Shown: piece after piece, positions 8,598-17,691 of the stretch | Position numbering within the stretch: the stretch's first letter is position 1 | Layout of the letters: each line of letters begins with the position of its first letter | From: a virus | Lineage: Duplodnaviria > Caudoviricetes | Strand: one strand, 5' to 3' | Virus record (IMG/VR): IMGVR_UViG_3300023077_000001 | Location: 1-51,215 of that record | DNA: 51,215 nucleotides | The notes under the pieces: generated by a model | The model's input: only the letters and a program-made list of their open reading frames with translations | Told to the model about the DNA's origin: nothing | The model's database searches: none | Made by a program: the position numbers and the translations under genes

Positions 8598-9081
8598 CTG
8601 ATTTGGTTTTTATGATTTCCAGTGCGCGTTCTAATGCTACAACCCAGCCCTCTCTGATAGTTTTGTATAAATCGATATGCCTGCTGGTCGGATCGAAGCC
8701 CGGCCACAATTGATTACCACTTTGCATGTCATATATTAAGGACATATAGGAATGCTTCGGTGCGACATATACGTCATGAATGCGCAAATTATGTTCGCTA
8801 AGCCAGTCAAAGACTTGCGTCCAGATAGGTGCTGGGGTCACCGGCCAACTTGCAGGGATCGGGTCAAAACCGTCAAAAGCGATATCGTTCGAATCGTAAC
8901 CTTTATACTCATCCTGGATTTCTTTCGAGCCATCAGATGCGGTTAGGATTGTGCATACGTTGCTAACGCTGGGATGAAGTCTGCCATCTTCATAATAAGC
9001 TAAACAGGGCTTATCAAAGCCAAGCTCTTTCATAGACGATGCGAGCTCTTCAGGAACGAACAGAGTAAGTATATATTTCAT
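8572..9081 (-). CDS. Conserved Bacteroidota phage hypothetical protein
   Basis: Start moved to ATG 9081; FVPEELASSMKELGFDKPCLAYY...APIWTQVFDWL. Confidence 0.75.
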   Translation of the reverse strand: MKYILTLFVPEELASSMKELGFDKPCLAYYEDGRLHPSVSNVCTILTASDGSKEIQDEYKGYDSNDIAFDGFDPIPASWPVTPAPIWTQVFDWLSEHNLRIHDVYVAPKHSYMSLIYDMQSGNQLWPGFDPTSRHIDLYKTIREGWVVALERALEIIKTKSDAESKEVS

Positions 9082-9275
9082 GATGGCAGTGGAGCTAAGG
9101 TAATAAAGTTCGCGAACAAAAATAAACTTTTTTATATAACGGTAAGTCCACACGAAACAAATGTTGTAGGTATAACAAAAAGCTCTTATCTTTCGGTTAC
9201 GCCCCATTTCCAACCAGCACGGATGTTGGTTTTTCAAGCCCGGGAAAGCCCCAGCCGCCTTGGCTGGGGTATATT

Positions 9276-9923
9276 TTAAAACAGCAAACGACTCTCGCCG
9301 CCCCACTGTGCCGCCATGGCATCAGCCAATCCCTGGTATGTTCTCGATCTTTCCTTCCACCTGGTAGGCGAAGGACCGAGGTTGTTTTGACCGGACGGTG
9401 TTTGGTTGGCGTACCGCTTCTTGATGATATGGTTGGTCTTTACCAGCGCGGGAAGATTCTTTAACCACAGGCATGTTCTCTTGCTTGCATCTTCGCCAAA
9501 CCAATTCGGCTGTACTGTTTGTGCGTAAGGGCCGATTTCTTCCACGCAGTAGCCAAGCATAACCGGATTTTCAAGGCATATCTTCGGGATGGGTGCCGTG
9601 TAAAGAAGATTAAAGAAGCTTATGGCGTCCTTTTGCTGCTGGCGGCGGTCGGGATACTTCGGATGCGGACGGCGTAAATGGCGCTCCAAATGTTTGTCAA
9701 GCGGGTGGTAAAACGTCCAGGCTTGTGCGTTGGTGAGGAAGGTGCAAGGCGGGTGGGCTATCATGAGGTCCCAGCCGTCATAGAGAATATCCCGCACGTC
9801 ACCTTGATAGTGGGGGCCCGGAATTTCCGTTGGTTCAAAGTCACAGGATAATGCATTGTGCCCAAGTTTGCGGAAGGCTTCGCGAACTCGCCCGCTGTAT
9901 TCGCAGGCGACAAGTACTTTCAT
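9276..9923 (-). CDS. DNA cytosine-C5 methyltransferase-like protein
   Basis: VLVACEYSG (SAM site), DLMIAHPPCT (catalytic PC), LENP motif. Confidence 0.8.
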   Translation of the reverse strand: MKVLVACEYSGRVREAFRKLGHNALSCDFEPTEIPGPHYQGDVRDILYDGWDLMIAHPPCTFLTNAQAWTFYHPLDKHLERHLRRPHPKYPDRRQQQKDAISFFNLLYTAPIPKICLENPVMLGYCVEEIGPYAQTVQPNWFGEDASKRTCLWLKNLPALVKTNHIIKKRYANQTPSGQNNLGPSPTRWKERSRTYQGLADAMAAQWGGESRLLF

Positions 9924-10123
9924 ACGCAGATTGATTTAAGGATGAACAATAAAGAGCTAACGGCAATGTACCAGGGAAAAACGATACGCATCCAGGTATT
10001 TTCGTTGTCGGTGTTGTTTCCATTAGTTACTCTATTGTATTCTGCTCGTTGAGTGCCGATCATCCTATTGTGTAACCCCATATACATTCCAGAGAGAGGC
10101 TGAGATGGGCAGACCAATTCCAT
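9920..10123 (-). CDS. Small protein with hydrophobic C-terminus
   Basis: Stop overlaps the MTase start (ATGA); RIVFPWYIAVSSLLFILKSICV; start uncertain. Confidence 0.4.
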   Translation of the reverse strand: MELVCPSQPLSGMYMGLHNRMIGTQRAEYNRVTNGNNTDNENTWMRIVFPWYIAVSSLLFILKSICV

Positions 10124-10348
10124 AAGGGATATTTACATCCCTCTGGAATTGGTCGCTTCTTATTCCGTCGGTCGGCGTCGAAGTACATAACCATCGGTCT
10201 TTTTGAGACCGAAACGAGCCCTTTGGCTGTCTCCAGTTATCAGCTCGTCATTCCCCTGGTAACACTGTCAAGCACCCTGTCGGGTTAAACAACCAGCACC
10301 GGTCTGTAGCCCGGTTACCTACCAGGTAGCCAACATCATGTACGGGCA

Positions 10349-10453
10349 TAAAAAAACCCGCACATACGGGTGTGTGCAGGTGGGTTATGATACACTTTTT
10401 CGGTCGTACTATAACCCGAACGACTACCCGTAATAATCCTTCGGATTCGATGT
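10349..10453 (-). ncRNA. Candidate structured small RNA or attenuator leader
   Basis: Between promoter-like motif and a hairpin plus T7 terminator; interleaved complementary segments allow a pseudoknot. Confidence 0.45.
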
Positions 10454-10505
10454 ACAGAAAGTATAATGGATAATTGAATGAAACCACCAAAAAACAGCTC
10501 AGGTT
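10454..10505 (-). promoter_or_regulatory. Phage bipartite promoter-like motif, variant copy
   Basis: Minus strand AACCTGAGCTGTTTTTTG-N22-TATACTTTCTGT. Confidence 0.7.
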
Positions 10506-10614
10506 TTTTGCGCGAAAATGTTTAATTAAGCGCTATGTGGTTGAAAGGCAAGAAGAAAAAACTTATGTGGAAAAGTCGATTAGTAGCGGTGTTAATCACT
10601 AAATGAGTCCGCAG

Positions 10615-10896
10615 TTACTGGGGTTTGTTCAGATGAGTATTGATTTGGTATTTGGACTCGTAGGACGCAGCTATGTCCTTGGCTTTATCGAGGAGCTTTT
10701 GTTCAATGTCTGATAAAACGTCCTTTGTTCCTAACTCAATGATTATGCGAAGGCAGTGGTGATAATGTAAAATGATGAGCAGGCCGTCGCTAACGGCTAT
10801 GTTTTTTGAAAGCTGTATCAACCTTTTATTGCACGTCCATGCGATATACGTCGCCCATCCCACCATAAAAGCAGAAACAAAAAAATAAGTGGCCAT
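10615..10896 (-). CDS. Membrane protein
   Basis: Hydrophobic N-terminus YFFVSAFMVGWATYIAW. Confidence 0.6.
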   Translation of the reverse strand: MATYFFVSAFMVGWATYIAWTCNKRLIQLSKNIAVSDGLLIILHYHHCLRIIIELGTKDVLSDIEQKLLDKAKDIAASYESKYQINTHLNKPQ

Positions 10897-10974
10897 AAAG
10901 TTTTGTTTATAGAAAATAAATATTATTTTCGGTCATAGGATAAGGTTTAATGGTTAATGGTATTTGATTAGTGC

Positions 10975-11002
10975 AGCCCCGAGTCGACGCGGGGCTTTTT
11001 TT
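10975..11002 (+). terminator. Intrinsic terminator-like hairpin
   Basis: AGCCCCG-N8-CGGGGCT followed by T-run on plus strand. Confidence 0.55.
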
Positions 11003-11267
11003 ATACAAAGGTTTTAACGATGTAATTAACCCTATCTTCTTCGCTTGGCGTAAAAGGCACAAACCCTTGTCGCGTCATCTGTTTAAGCAATCCCTCAAAA
11101 TTGTTGACTACTATTTCGAAGTGTGGGTCGAGCACCTGGTCGGGAGTGTCCACTGAAGACCAGTGGCGACGTAAGACATATTTGGTGTAAGTGGGTGGCC
11201 CGTAATAGACTGAATACGTGTAAAATGTTTTGTCGTCAGTGTGCGGTAAAATCGGAAAGTCTTTCAT
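11001..11267 (-). CDS. Hypothetical phage protein
   Basis: 88-aa ORF, start overlaps phosphatase stop. Confidence 0.7.
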   Translation of the reverse strand: MKDFPILPHTDDKTFYTYSVYYGPPTYTKYVLRRHWSSVDTPDQVLDPHFEIVVNNFEGLLKQMTRQGFVPFTPSEEDRVNYIVKTFV

Positions 11268-12067
11268 TATCTGTAATTAAATGATCCATAAATAGTGTTT
11301 ACCGGGTCGGACTGCCAAAACTCTTTTGTTTCGATGTTCATAATTGTGAGGCATCCGGTGCTACCGGCGCCGGTGTCAACATTGTAAATTATATCAGCAT
11401 GCATCGGTGCGCAAGTAGGGTCGCTCCCGCGTTGAAAAACAGAGGCTCGTGTCATTCGTCCAAGCTTTGTCCAGAATTGTGTTTCTGTATGACCGATAAA
11501 AATCTCCGCGAAGTCTTCTTTAAATTTAAGACCAAAGATGTCGTGAGCTGAAAGGGCTTGCCGCCACAATTCTCTATCCCAATAGAAAACTGAGGGATTA
11601 TACTGTGCCTGGGCATCTAAGGTTTCATGTCGATCAAAGCCCCCGTGCACGAATAGCCGGTTCGTTTCGTCCTTGTAATACAGGCGCTGATTAAGAAAAA
11701 AATTCACATGCGAGGCGGGAATATCATGAGGTTTCAGAAAGCGAGTTGCGCCGTGTTCTTCCAGTAGGCCAGCGGCACGCAGGTAGGAAATTACAGTGCC
11801 TTGGCCTCCCTGCATCCAATAGTCTGGGTGTATGCCAGTCTGTAGGAAACGTCGCAACCATTCATCATGGTTGCCGAGAATGTCGACCCGGTGTTTTATG
11901 GTCAACAGCTCCTCCACGCATTCATACACGTATGGCCAGCCGTCTGCGATATCACCTATCTGAATAAGCGTGTCGTTCTCTTTGTCGAAGCCAGCGCGCT
12001 CCAGGCATTGCAAAAGTAGTATGTATGCACCGTGAATATCCCCCATCACGAATGTTCTACTCTTCAT
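11267..12067 (-). CDS. Calcineurin-like metallophosphoesterase (Ser/Thr phosphatase family)
   Basis: GDIHG, GDIAD, GNHD, FVHGG, IGHT, VDTGA motifs; start moved to ATG 12067. Confidence 0.9.
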   Translation of the reverse strand: MKSRTFVMGDIHGAYILLLQCLERAGFDKENDTLIQIGDIADGWPYVYECVEELLTIKHRVDILGNHDEWLRRFLQTGIHPDYWMQGGQGTVISYLRAAGLLEEHGATRFLKPHDIPASHVNFFLNQRLYYKDETNRLFVHGGFDRHETLDAQAQYNPSVFYWDRELWRQALSAHDIFGLKFKEDFAEIFIGHTETQFWTKLGRMTRASVFQRGSDPTCAPMHADIIYNVDTGAGSTGCLTIMNIETKEFWQSDPVNTIYGSFNYR

Positions 12068-12503
12068 TGTTTTCCTTTTCTTCATAATTTTCGTTGAACC
12101 ATTTAAGGAATTCTTCCTCCCTCTTTTTTTGCTGGGCTTCAAGCGATTTTTTTTTGTTCTCGGCGTACTGGCCGCCGGGTGCATATTTTTTCTTGTTGTT
12201 CAAATACCAGGCGTGACGTCGCTCTACGATTTCCTCAGCAGTCTGCGGAGGATCGCCTTTTGCCTTTTTGGCCTTTTTGGCCTTTTTCTTCGGTTTTGGC
12301 GGTTTCGCTGCATCCTTGGCTTTTCGGACCTTGGCAACATACTGCTTGGCGTTGTCGAGTTCGGCCAGCTCTTCAGCAGTCAGCAACTGCTCAGCAAGTT
12401 TTTTTTCCAGCCGCACAACGCAACGAAGCGCCTTTGCGTATTCTGGATTTTTGTGATACCGCTCGCGTTCGCGGGCGTTACGTTCCTCGCGGGGAGTGCT
12501 CAT
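12057..12503 (-). CDS. Lys-rich hypothetical protein
   Basis: 148 aa, KPPKPKKKAKKAKKAK linker; tiles with the phosphatase. Confidence 0.65.
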   Translation of the reverse strand: MSTPREERNARERERYHKNPEYAKALRCVVRLEKKLAEQLLTAEELAELDNAKQYVAKVRKAKDAAKPPKPKKKAKKAKKAKGDPPQTAEEIVERRHAWYLNNKKKYAPGGQYAENKKKSLEAQQKKREEEFLKWFNENYEEKENNEE

Positions 12504-12598
12504 GTGTCTGTTTTTGGTGAGTAACTACAAGGGTTTCATGCTTAGCGAAAGCGACAAGAGCTACCAGACGGATAAATTGCATATTAATACAATGATGA

Positions 12599-12826
12599 TT
12601 ATGTTTCTGATTCTTCCAGTGATTCGTTTCGGTCTTTATCTTCCTCTTCTATTCGAGCCATTGCCATCCTGCCAATATCAGCACCGTGCGGCATCGTCCT
12701 AAACAGGCGATATAGCAGCTCGGCGATTGTTTGAATCTTGCCCTTGTACTTTATGGTTGTTTTGATCTCATCTGCACAAAGATGGATTTCGCCTCGCTGC
12801 TTCATCGGGGGCAAAGTTTTTTTCAT
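12599..12826 (-). CDS. Hypothetical phage protein
   Basis: 75-aa ORF. Confidence 0.55.
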   Translation of the reverse strand: MKKTLPPMKQRGEIHLCADEIKTTIKYKGKIQTIAELLYRLFRTMPHGADIGRMAMARIEEEDKDRNESLEESET

Positions 12827-13095
12827 AACAGGATATTTTGGTGTATTAAACGTCTGTTAGCATTGGGTGCTAACAAAAATCCAGGTTGAGAGAGCTTTGG
12901 AATAAGCTTGCGGCTGATGGGCAAGTGCCGCTACCGATGGGGATCGAGTGTTGGGTGTCGTTAGGTGAGGTGGGGCATCGGGGAACCTTACTCTGATGTT
13001 TGGGCGCTTTAATGCAAGCATTAGTTGATCGTGTTATCATACGCAGTACCTGTTTAGTGGTTATTCTATACTGCCAAAGTATGAATAATCTGAAA

Positions 13096-13482
13096 TTATT
13101 TGAATTTTTCTTTACATTTTTTTATCATTAGATCAAAAGGTGACAGATGATCATCACCGTCAGAATCGCGGTTAACCTTCTCCGGAATAATTTCAGGTGG
13201 GATTGTCGGGAATGTTTCACCCTCCGCAATCTGCGGAGGGTCGATCTCGATTTTCTTGTCCTTAATTCTTTGCTGAACAGACCTATACATATTAATTTCT
13301 GACTCTGTGGCGATGCGGAAGTAGTGCTTCTTTGCCGACTTGACACGACCCTTTAAATACTGTGATATGTATACCGGCGTAAAGCCATAATGAGCGCCGG
13401 CATCTCTACCCGACTCCCAAAATTTTAGAAACTTTCCATTTTGGTCGATTTCAATGAGTGGTTTGCGTTTATCCCTGGCCAT
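13096..13482 (-). CDS. NUMOD1-type HTH DNA-binding protein
   Basis: KPLIEIDQNGKFLKFWESGRDAGAHYGFTPVYISQYLKG. Confidence 0.75.
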   Translation of the reverse strand: MARDKRKPLIEIDQNGKFLKFWESGRDAGAHYGFTPVYISQYLKGRVKSAKKHYFRIATESEINMYRSVQQRIKDKKIEIDPPQIAEGETFPTIPPEIIPEKVNRDSDGDDHLSPFDLMIKKCKEKFK

Positions 13483-14047
13483 GGTATAAGCATTCTTTTG
13501 GAATGTTAATGTTATAATTTACTTTGGTCTTGTGATTGCTGCTGAAACCGGGATGTTGAAGCGCAACAAAGGGTGAGCATACATAAAATCGGCCCATACC
13601 TGGTTGATCATCGATGTGCTTGTTTTCCGGCAGCGACAAGAATTTGTCGTAGTAACTTTCGTTGATAATATAACAATGAAGCCCGGCAAAGTTGTGTATT
13701 TCGACAGGTCCTTCGTGGCTTGCTATTCTCTGATATGTGAGTTGTCGAAGGCCGTAACAGCCCCCAAGGTAGAGATCGAAGTCTTTCGGTATATTATATA
13801 GAAAATGTTCCCACGCCTTTGGGCCAAGGAACATTACATCCTCTTCCAGTATGCACACTTGTTTCAGCCCCGCCTCTTTTGCATGTTGAATAATCTTTTT
13901 GTGCGACCTCCCAATGCTCCCAACTACGTCATTGGGGTCATGTTCCGCAATCCATATTTCGGCATCAATGCCCTGCTCGGCGAGCTCCATGTCGAGCGTT
14001 GTGTTGGGCGCACTGCTAAAGTGATCCAAAATTACATGGGCAATCAT
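13469..14047 (-). CDS. Glycosyltransferase, GT25-like
   Basis: SHKKII, ILEEDVMF, FDLYLGG, GLHCYII motifs. Confidence 0.75.
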   Translation of the reverse strand: MIAHVILDHFSSAPNTTLDMELAEQGIDAEIWIAEHDPNDVVGSIGRSHKKIIQHAKEAGLKQVCILEEDVMFLGPKAWEHFLYNIPKDFDLYLGGCYGLRQLTYQRIASHEGPVEIHNFAGLHCYIINESYYDKFLSLPENKHIDDQPGMGRFYVCSPFVALQHPGFSSNHKTKVNYNINIPKECLYHGQG

Positions 14048-14589
14048 ACTACTTTGTATTTTTGATTATAATCTCCCTTCCATGCGGAAACATCTACGAA
14101 ATTGCTGACCACAGTAGTTTGTGGCATACCCTCGGGCTTTAGGTCACAACGGAACTTGAATGAGCAGAGCACTTCGCTCATTGCGTACACATACTCCGCA
14201 CCTGGCTCGGTGTCATGTACTACTAACACCTCCGCCCAGTTTTTCCATGCATCGATTAACTGCTTCCGACCTTCACCCGGAGCGCTGTCGATAAATACAA
14301 CACCCGGTTGATGCTCTACTAATGTCTTAGGCTCGTATTCCAGATAATCCCGCAGGATGCACACCGTGTCAAACTCCTTAGCCCATTCTCCGTTGGTTTC
14401 ATAGCTTATGAACAGGCGGCTATTAGCTTCGCAATAGCGTTGTATGAGCGGCGTTGAGCCATACCCGCAGCCAAACTCGATTACGCTCCCGGCTGTGTTT
14501 GATAGAGCTATGTATAATAGCGGCCGATGACTGTCCCAGTCATTGGTAGGGAGCCAGTTGTCCGGTATTGCCAGGGTCATTGTTTTCAT
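14044..14589 (-). CDS. Class I SAM-dependent methyltransferase
   Basis: VIEFGCGYGST, FISYE, VVFIDS; start moved to ATG 14589 (ATGA overlap). Confidence 0.75.
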   Translation of the reverse strand: MKTMTLAIPDNWLPTNDWDSHRPLLYIALSNTAGSVIEFGCGYGSTPLIQRYCEANSRLFISYETNGEWAKEFDTVCILRDYLEYEPKTLVEHQPGVVFIDSAPGEGRKQLIDAWKNWAEVLVVHDTEPGAEYVYAMSEVLCSFKFRCDLKPEGMPQTTVVSNFVDVSAWKGDYNQKYKVV

Positions 14590-15131
14590 TTTAAAAAGAA
14601 TATCGCCGTTGTCCATGGTCGTCCTTCGTGATTGGTGTGCTCTGCTTGCACATATAAGGTATGTTCGAACCCTTCGAGTGCTACTTCGGCAGCGGGGCAT
14701 ATAAAAACATAGTCCTGTTGCCAATTGTCCACAATCAGCGTAACGGGCCTTTCCATCTTCAGTGCTTCCATGATACACTCATAACGGAGAATGCCATCAA
14801 CAACCACAATGTCATATCGAATTAACGGGTCGTATGCTTCTACATATATATTCTTGTTTTCCTGATCGCCCTCGTTGACCGGCTTAAAATGCATACTTAC
14901 GTTGCTCGGTTTTAACGCGGCTATCTTATCATACCATTCGCGGTTGGATTCAACAGAGGTTACATGCTTTGCTTTATGTCCCCACCAAATAGTGCTTAGG
15001 CCGGCGCCGTATTCAAGCACCTTCTTATTTGATAGGTCCCACTTTCTTATTTCATCCAATGCAGGGTGCGTATACCACGGCATAATGAGTCCATTATCGG
15101 GGTCTGAAATTTGCCATTCACTCGTTGTCAT
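14586..15131 (-). CDS. Class I SAM-dependent methyltransferase
   Basis: VLEYGAGLST, VTSVES, YDIVVVDG, LIVDN. Confidence 0.8.
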   Translation of the reverse strand: MTTSEWQISDPDNGLIMPWYTHPALDEIRKWDLSNKKVLEYGAGLSTIWWGHKAKHVTSVESNREWYDKIAALKPSNVSMHFKPVNEGDQENKNIYVEAYDPLIRYDIVVVDGILRYECIMEALKMERPVTLIVDNWQQDYVFICPAAEVALEGFEHTLYVQAEHTNHEGRPWTTAIFFLK

Positions 15132-15387
15132 TTGTCTGAATATAGCCTATTAACGTTTCAGGCTCGGGTGTTAGGTTATTGTGTCGAACGAGAAAGTGCC
15201 TCTCTCGCCATTCGATTATTTCAGGCCCGCATTTGCATTCGCAAATCAGTCGCTGCTCCACGATATGCTGAAGGGTGCCAGAATCATCACGCATGCCGTA
15301 TTGAAGCGTTCGCCATTCAGCAACGAAATCATGTAATGCCTCTTCCCTGGCGGGAGCCATGTGCTCAATTTTGTCTTCCATAATCAT
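15118..15387 (-). CDS. Hypothetical protein in glycosylation operon
   Basis: ATGA overlap with upstream gene at 15384-15387. Confidence 0.55.
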   Translation of the reverse strand: MIMEDKIEHMAPAREEALHDFVAEWRTLQYGMRDDSGTLQHIVEQRLICECKCGPEIIEWRERHFLVRHNNLTPEPETLIGYIQTNDNE

Positions 15388-16199
15388 TGTGTTAATTTGA
15401 GATATTTTTGTTGGTACTCGACCATCCACGAAAAGTCCTCCTCAGGATATACATCTTTGAACAGCTTGAGAATTTTCCGAAAATTTTCATCCGTATAACC
15501 GGGTCGTGGTAAATGTGCATCTATAATGCCCGGCATTGGTGCATCGGGCCAACCATCACGGTCTGCACGATATGTTGCAAAGGCGTGTGGCGCTTTGGCC
15601 CGGAAGTGTTTTATCACCGGCCAAGCCTGCGCAGTGAGCGCGTTGTAAATAGTTTCTTGATCTTTCGCCCAGTAATTGCCCTTGAAGTGCTCACACTCAA
15701 GCTCGCCCAGTAGGTTATCCAAATAAGTTTGCGGGCTTTCACCCGGCCATAACCACATCACCTCGCGCCATGTATCAACTGGCATTGCGACATAGCATAT
15801 AGGGTACTGGCCCGATGGCACAAGATCGGCCCCGAAAACATTTATAAGCCCATTATTTGCCTGGTTGAAATAATCCTTATTGAACACGGCCATGTCGACG
15901 TCACCGGTAATCAATACTTCATCGGCTGGAAGATGGCCCAATGCCGCAGCGTATAGACGCGCGCACTGTGAGTAAGTTGCGGCCTTATGGTCTGGCGATG
16001 AAAAGGTATGGAGTTCAAAGGACAGGTTTTGAGAAGCCATGGTGTTGCCAACTAAAAACGCTTTGCTCACATTGTTTCTGGCACCGTCAAAGGGAAGAAA
16101 TACGATAACGTCAACACCAAGTTTATTCCACGACCAAGTCACAATAGGCAGAAAAAAAAAGTAAAGGTCGTCGTATGTGCTACTGATTACTGCTTTCAT
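15384..16199 (-). CDS. GT-A fold glycosyltransferase-like protein
   Basis: DxD motif ITGDVDM and WAKDQ motif. Confidence 0.65.
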   Translation of the reverse strand: MKAVISSTYDDLYFFFLPIVTWSWNKLGVDVIVFLPFDGARNNVSKAFLVGNTMASQNLSFELHTFSSPDHKAATYSQCARLYAAALGHLPADEVLITGDVDMAVFNKDYFNQANNGLINVFGADLVPSGQYPICYVAMPVDTWREVMWLWPGESPQTYLDNLLGELECEHFKGNYWAKDQETIYNALTAQAWPVIKHFRAKAPHAFATYRADRDGWPDAPMPGIIDAHLPRPGYTDENFRKILKLFKDVYPEEDFSWMVEYQQKYLKLTQ

Positions 16200-16210
16200 T
16201 GCGAGTTAAG

Positions 16211-16894
16211 TTAAATCCCCCGAATAAAAAAAATTACCTGTTCGGCATTGTGTGAGGTGCCATAGTATGCCACATGATCGAGGCCCTTTTCATTTCTGGC
16301 GCCGTGCTGCATGCAGGAAAGTGACCAACAACTTTGATCTTGTCGATGGAACAAAAAGCGAGGGTCAGCGCTTTGGTTGTCGTGGAGACGTGAACCTATG
16401 GACAGGCCAGCATCCATGTACTCCTTCCAGGTCGAATATAGCTGCCGGCCCATTGGGTTTTCGAAGTTGATGCCAATACAACCCGTTGCCCATTCAGTAT
16501 ACAGCTCAAGGTTATTACGGTCAAGCTGTAAGTGTTCAACCGTTTTATCGTTCACTGTCTGTGCGAGATTATAACCGGAAGAAAACATGTAATACCCTTG
16601 ATCGTTCATGATGTCGAATATGGGCATAGGGTCCTTAACCGCCCAAAATGAAGCGTCGCACCATAATACATGCGTATACTGACGAAACAATGCCCATTCA
16701 AAAGCGGCGATCTTAAAGTAGTATGGCACGTCGTTATGGGCTGGGCAATTCGGGGGAAGGCAGTCGTCCCAAGTAAGGATGTCACCAGGGAAACCTACCT
16801 CAATTAAACTGCGGTAGAGGCGTTTAACGCCGACGCCATACCAGCCTCCGATGCCGCAGGATATAACACATATTTTGGCATTTGTTAGTTCCAT
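16211..16894 (-). CDS. Nucleotide-diphospho-sugar transferase-like protein
   Basis: PYYFKIAAF, YTHVLWCDAS, HRQDQS motifs. Confidence 0.7.
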   Translation of the reverse strand: MELTNAKICVISCGIGGWYGVGVKRLYRSLIEVGFPGDILTWDDCLPPNCPAHNDVPYYFKIAAFEWALFRQYTHVLWCDASFWAVKDPMPIFDIMNDQGYYMFSSGYNLAQTVNDKTVEHLQLDRNNLELYTEWATGCIGINFENPMGRQLYSTWKEYMDAGLSIGSRLHDNQSADPRFLFHRQDQSCWSLSCMQHGARNEKGLDHVAYYGTSHNAEQVIFFIRGI

Positions 16895-16895
16895 G

Positions 16896-17102
16896 TTATG
16901 CTGTTGCGGCTTTTACCGCCCACATGGCGCCCTCTTCGAAACAGGTTTGAGCCAGTGCCGCCAATCGCGCATCCTTGGATTTGAGAGGCTCGCAAAGATC
17001 TATGAGCTCGGCTGAGCGACGTTTGATATCGGTAATTGCATCGGAGCCAGTGACATTGAAGTCTATTCGAACTCTTTCCTGGCCGAGTGTTTTTTCATTC
17101 AT
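16896..17102 (-). CDS. Acb2/Tad1-like cyclic nucleotide sponge protein
   Basis: Helical hairpin ending RLAALAQTCFEEGAMWAVKAATA. Confidence 0.7.
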   Translation of the reverse strand: MNEKTLGQERVRIDFNVTGSDAITDIKRRSAELIDLCEPLKSKDARLAALAQTCFEEGAMWAVKAATA

Positions 17103-17106
17103 AGTA

Positions 17107-17691
17107 TTATTTTATGCCGTAACGTTGGTTATGAGGAGATGAATTGTGTCTATACTGGTAAATGAATTCGTCGATGTATGCTTCTTTTTCAAGCAACGGG
17201 TGAATCATTTTGCTGAACTCATGGTCTTCGCCGAATCGAATATGAGGTATTGGGCACTGGAGGCACAACCTTGTTTTGATAGGCGTCTTAAAAAAGGGAG
17301 TGCGCACATGATTAAAGCCATCGTAATTATCAAGCCAACCCGGATATCTAATCGAGAAGTTTGAGGACTCCACCCGGCGTCCGTCAAAAATGCAAAGCTC
17401 CTTAAAGCCAACACAGTCGGGGTTGTCTCGCAGTGCATCGACAATCTGGAGAATTGCTTCATAATGCACCCAGTCATCATCATCAATTTGCCAACTGTAG
17501 TCGCCGGTGGCCATACGGTAAAGCTTGTTGCGCTTTTCGCCGATTGTCATCTCTTTGTTGTCGCTTAAGAATTTTATCTCAACCACGTCCTGCATATGAT
17601 GGTCAAGAATCTGCTGTTGCAGAAACGTGAGCAGTTCATGGAACGAATCGGCCCGTTCTTTAACCGTTGGAATTAAAATTGAAAGTAGCAT
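17107..17691 (-). CDS. Glycosyltransferase family 2
   Basis: LSILIPT, RNKL, WQIDDDD, GED motifs; start moved to ATG 17691. Confidence 0.85.
   Translation of the reverse strand: MLLSILIPTVKERADSFHELLTFLQQQILDHHMQDVVEIKFLSDNKEMTIGEKRNKLYRMATGDYSWQIDDDDWVHYEAILQIVDALRDNPDCVGFKELCIFDGRRVESSNFSIRYPGWLDNYDGFNHVRTPFFKTPIKTRLCLQCPIPHIRFGEDHEFSKMIHPLLEKEAYIDEFIYQYRHNSSPHNQRYGIK

Noticed and set aside
10190-10250. Hammerhead ribozyme (hairpin followed by GAAAC)
   Set aside because: No CUGANGA core in the required position on either strand
10248-10490. 80-aa ORF from the track
   Set aside because: Non-ATG start inside the promoter-like motif and it spans a terminator; better explained as RNA structure
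12857-13040. Short minus-strand ORF (MITRSTNAC...) in an intergenic gap
   Set aside because: About 56 aa with no recognisable motif; cannot be supported
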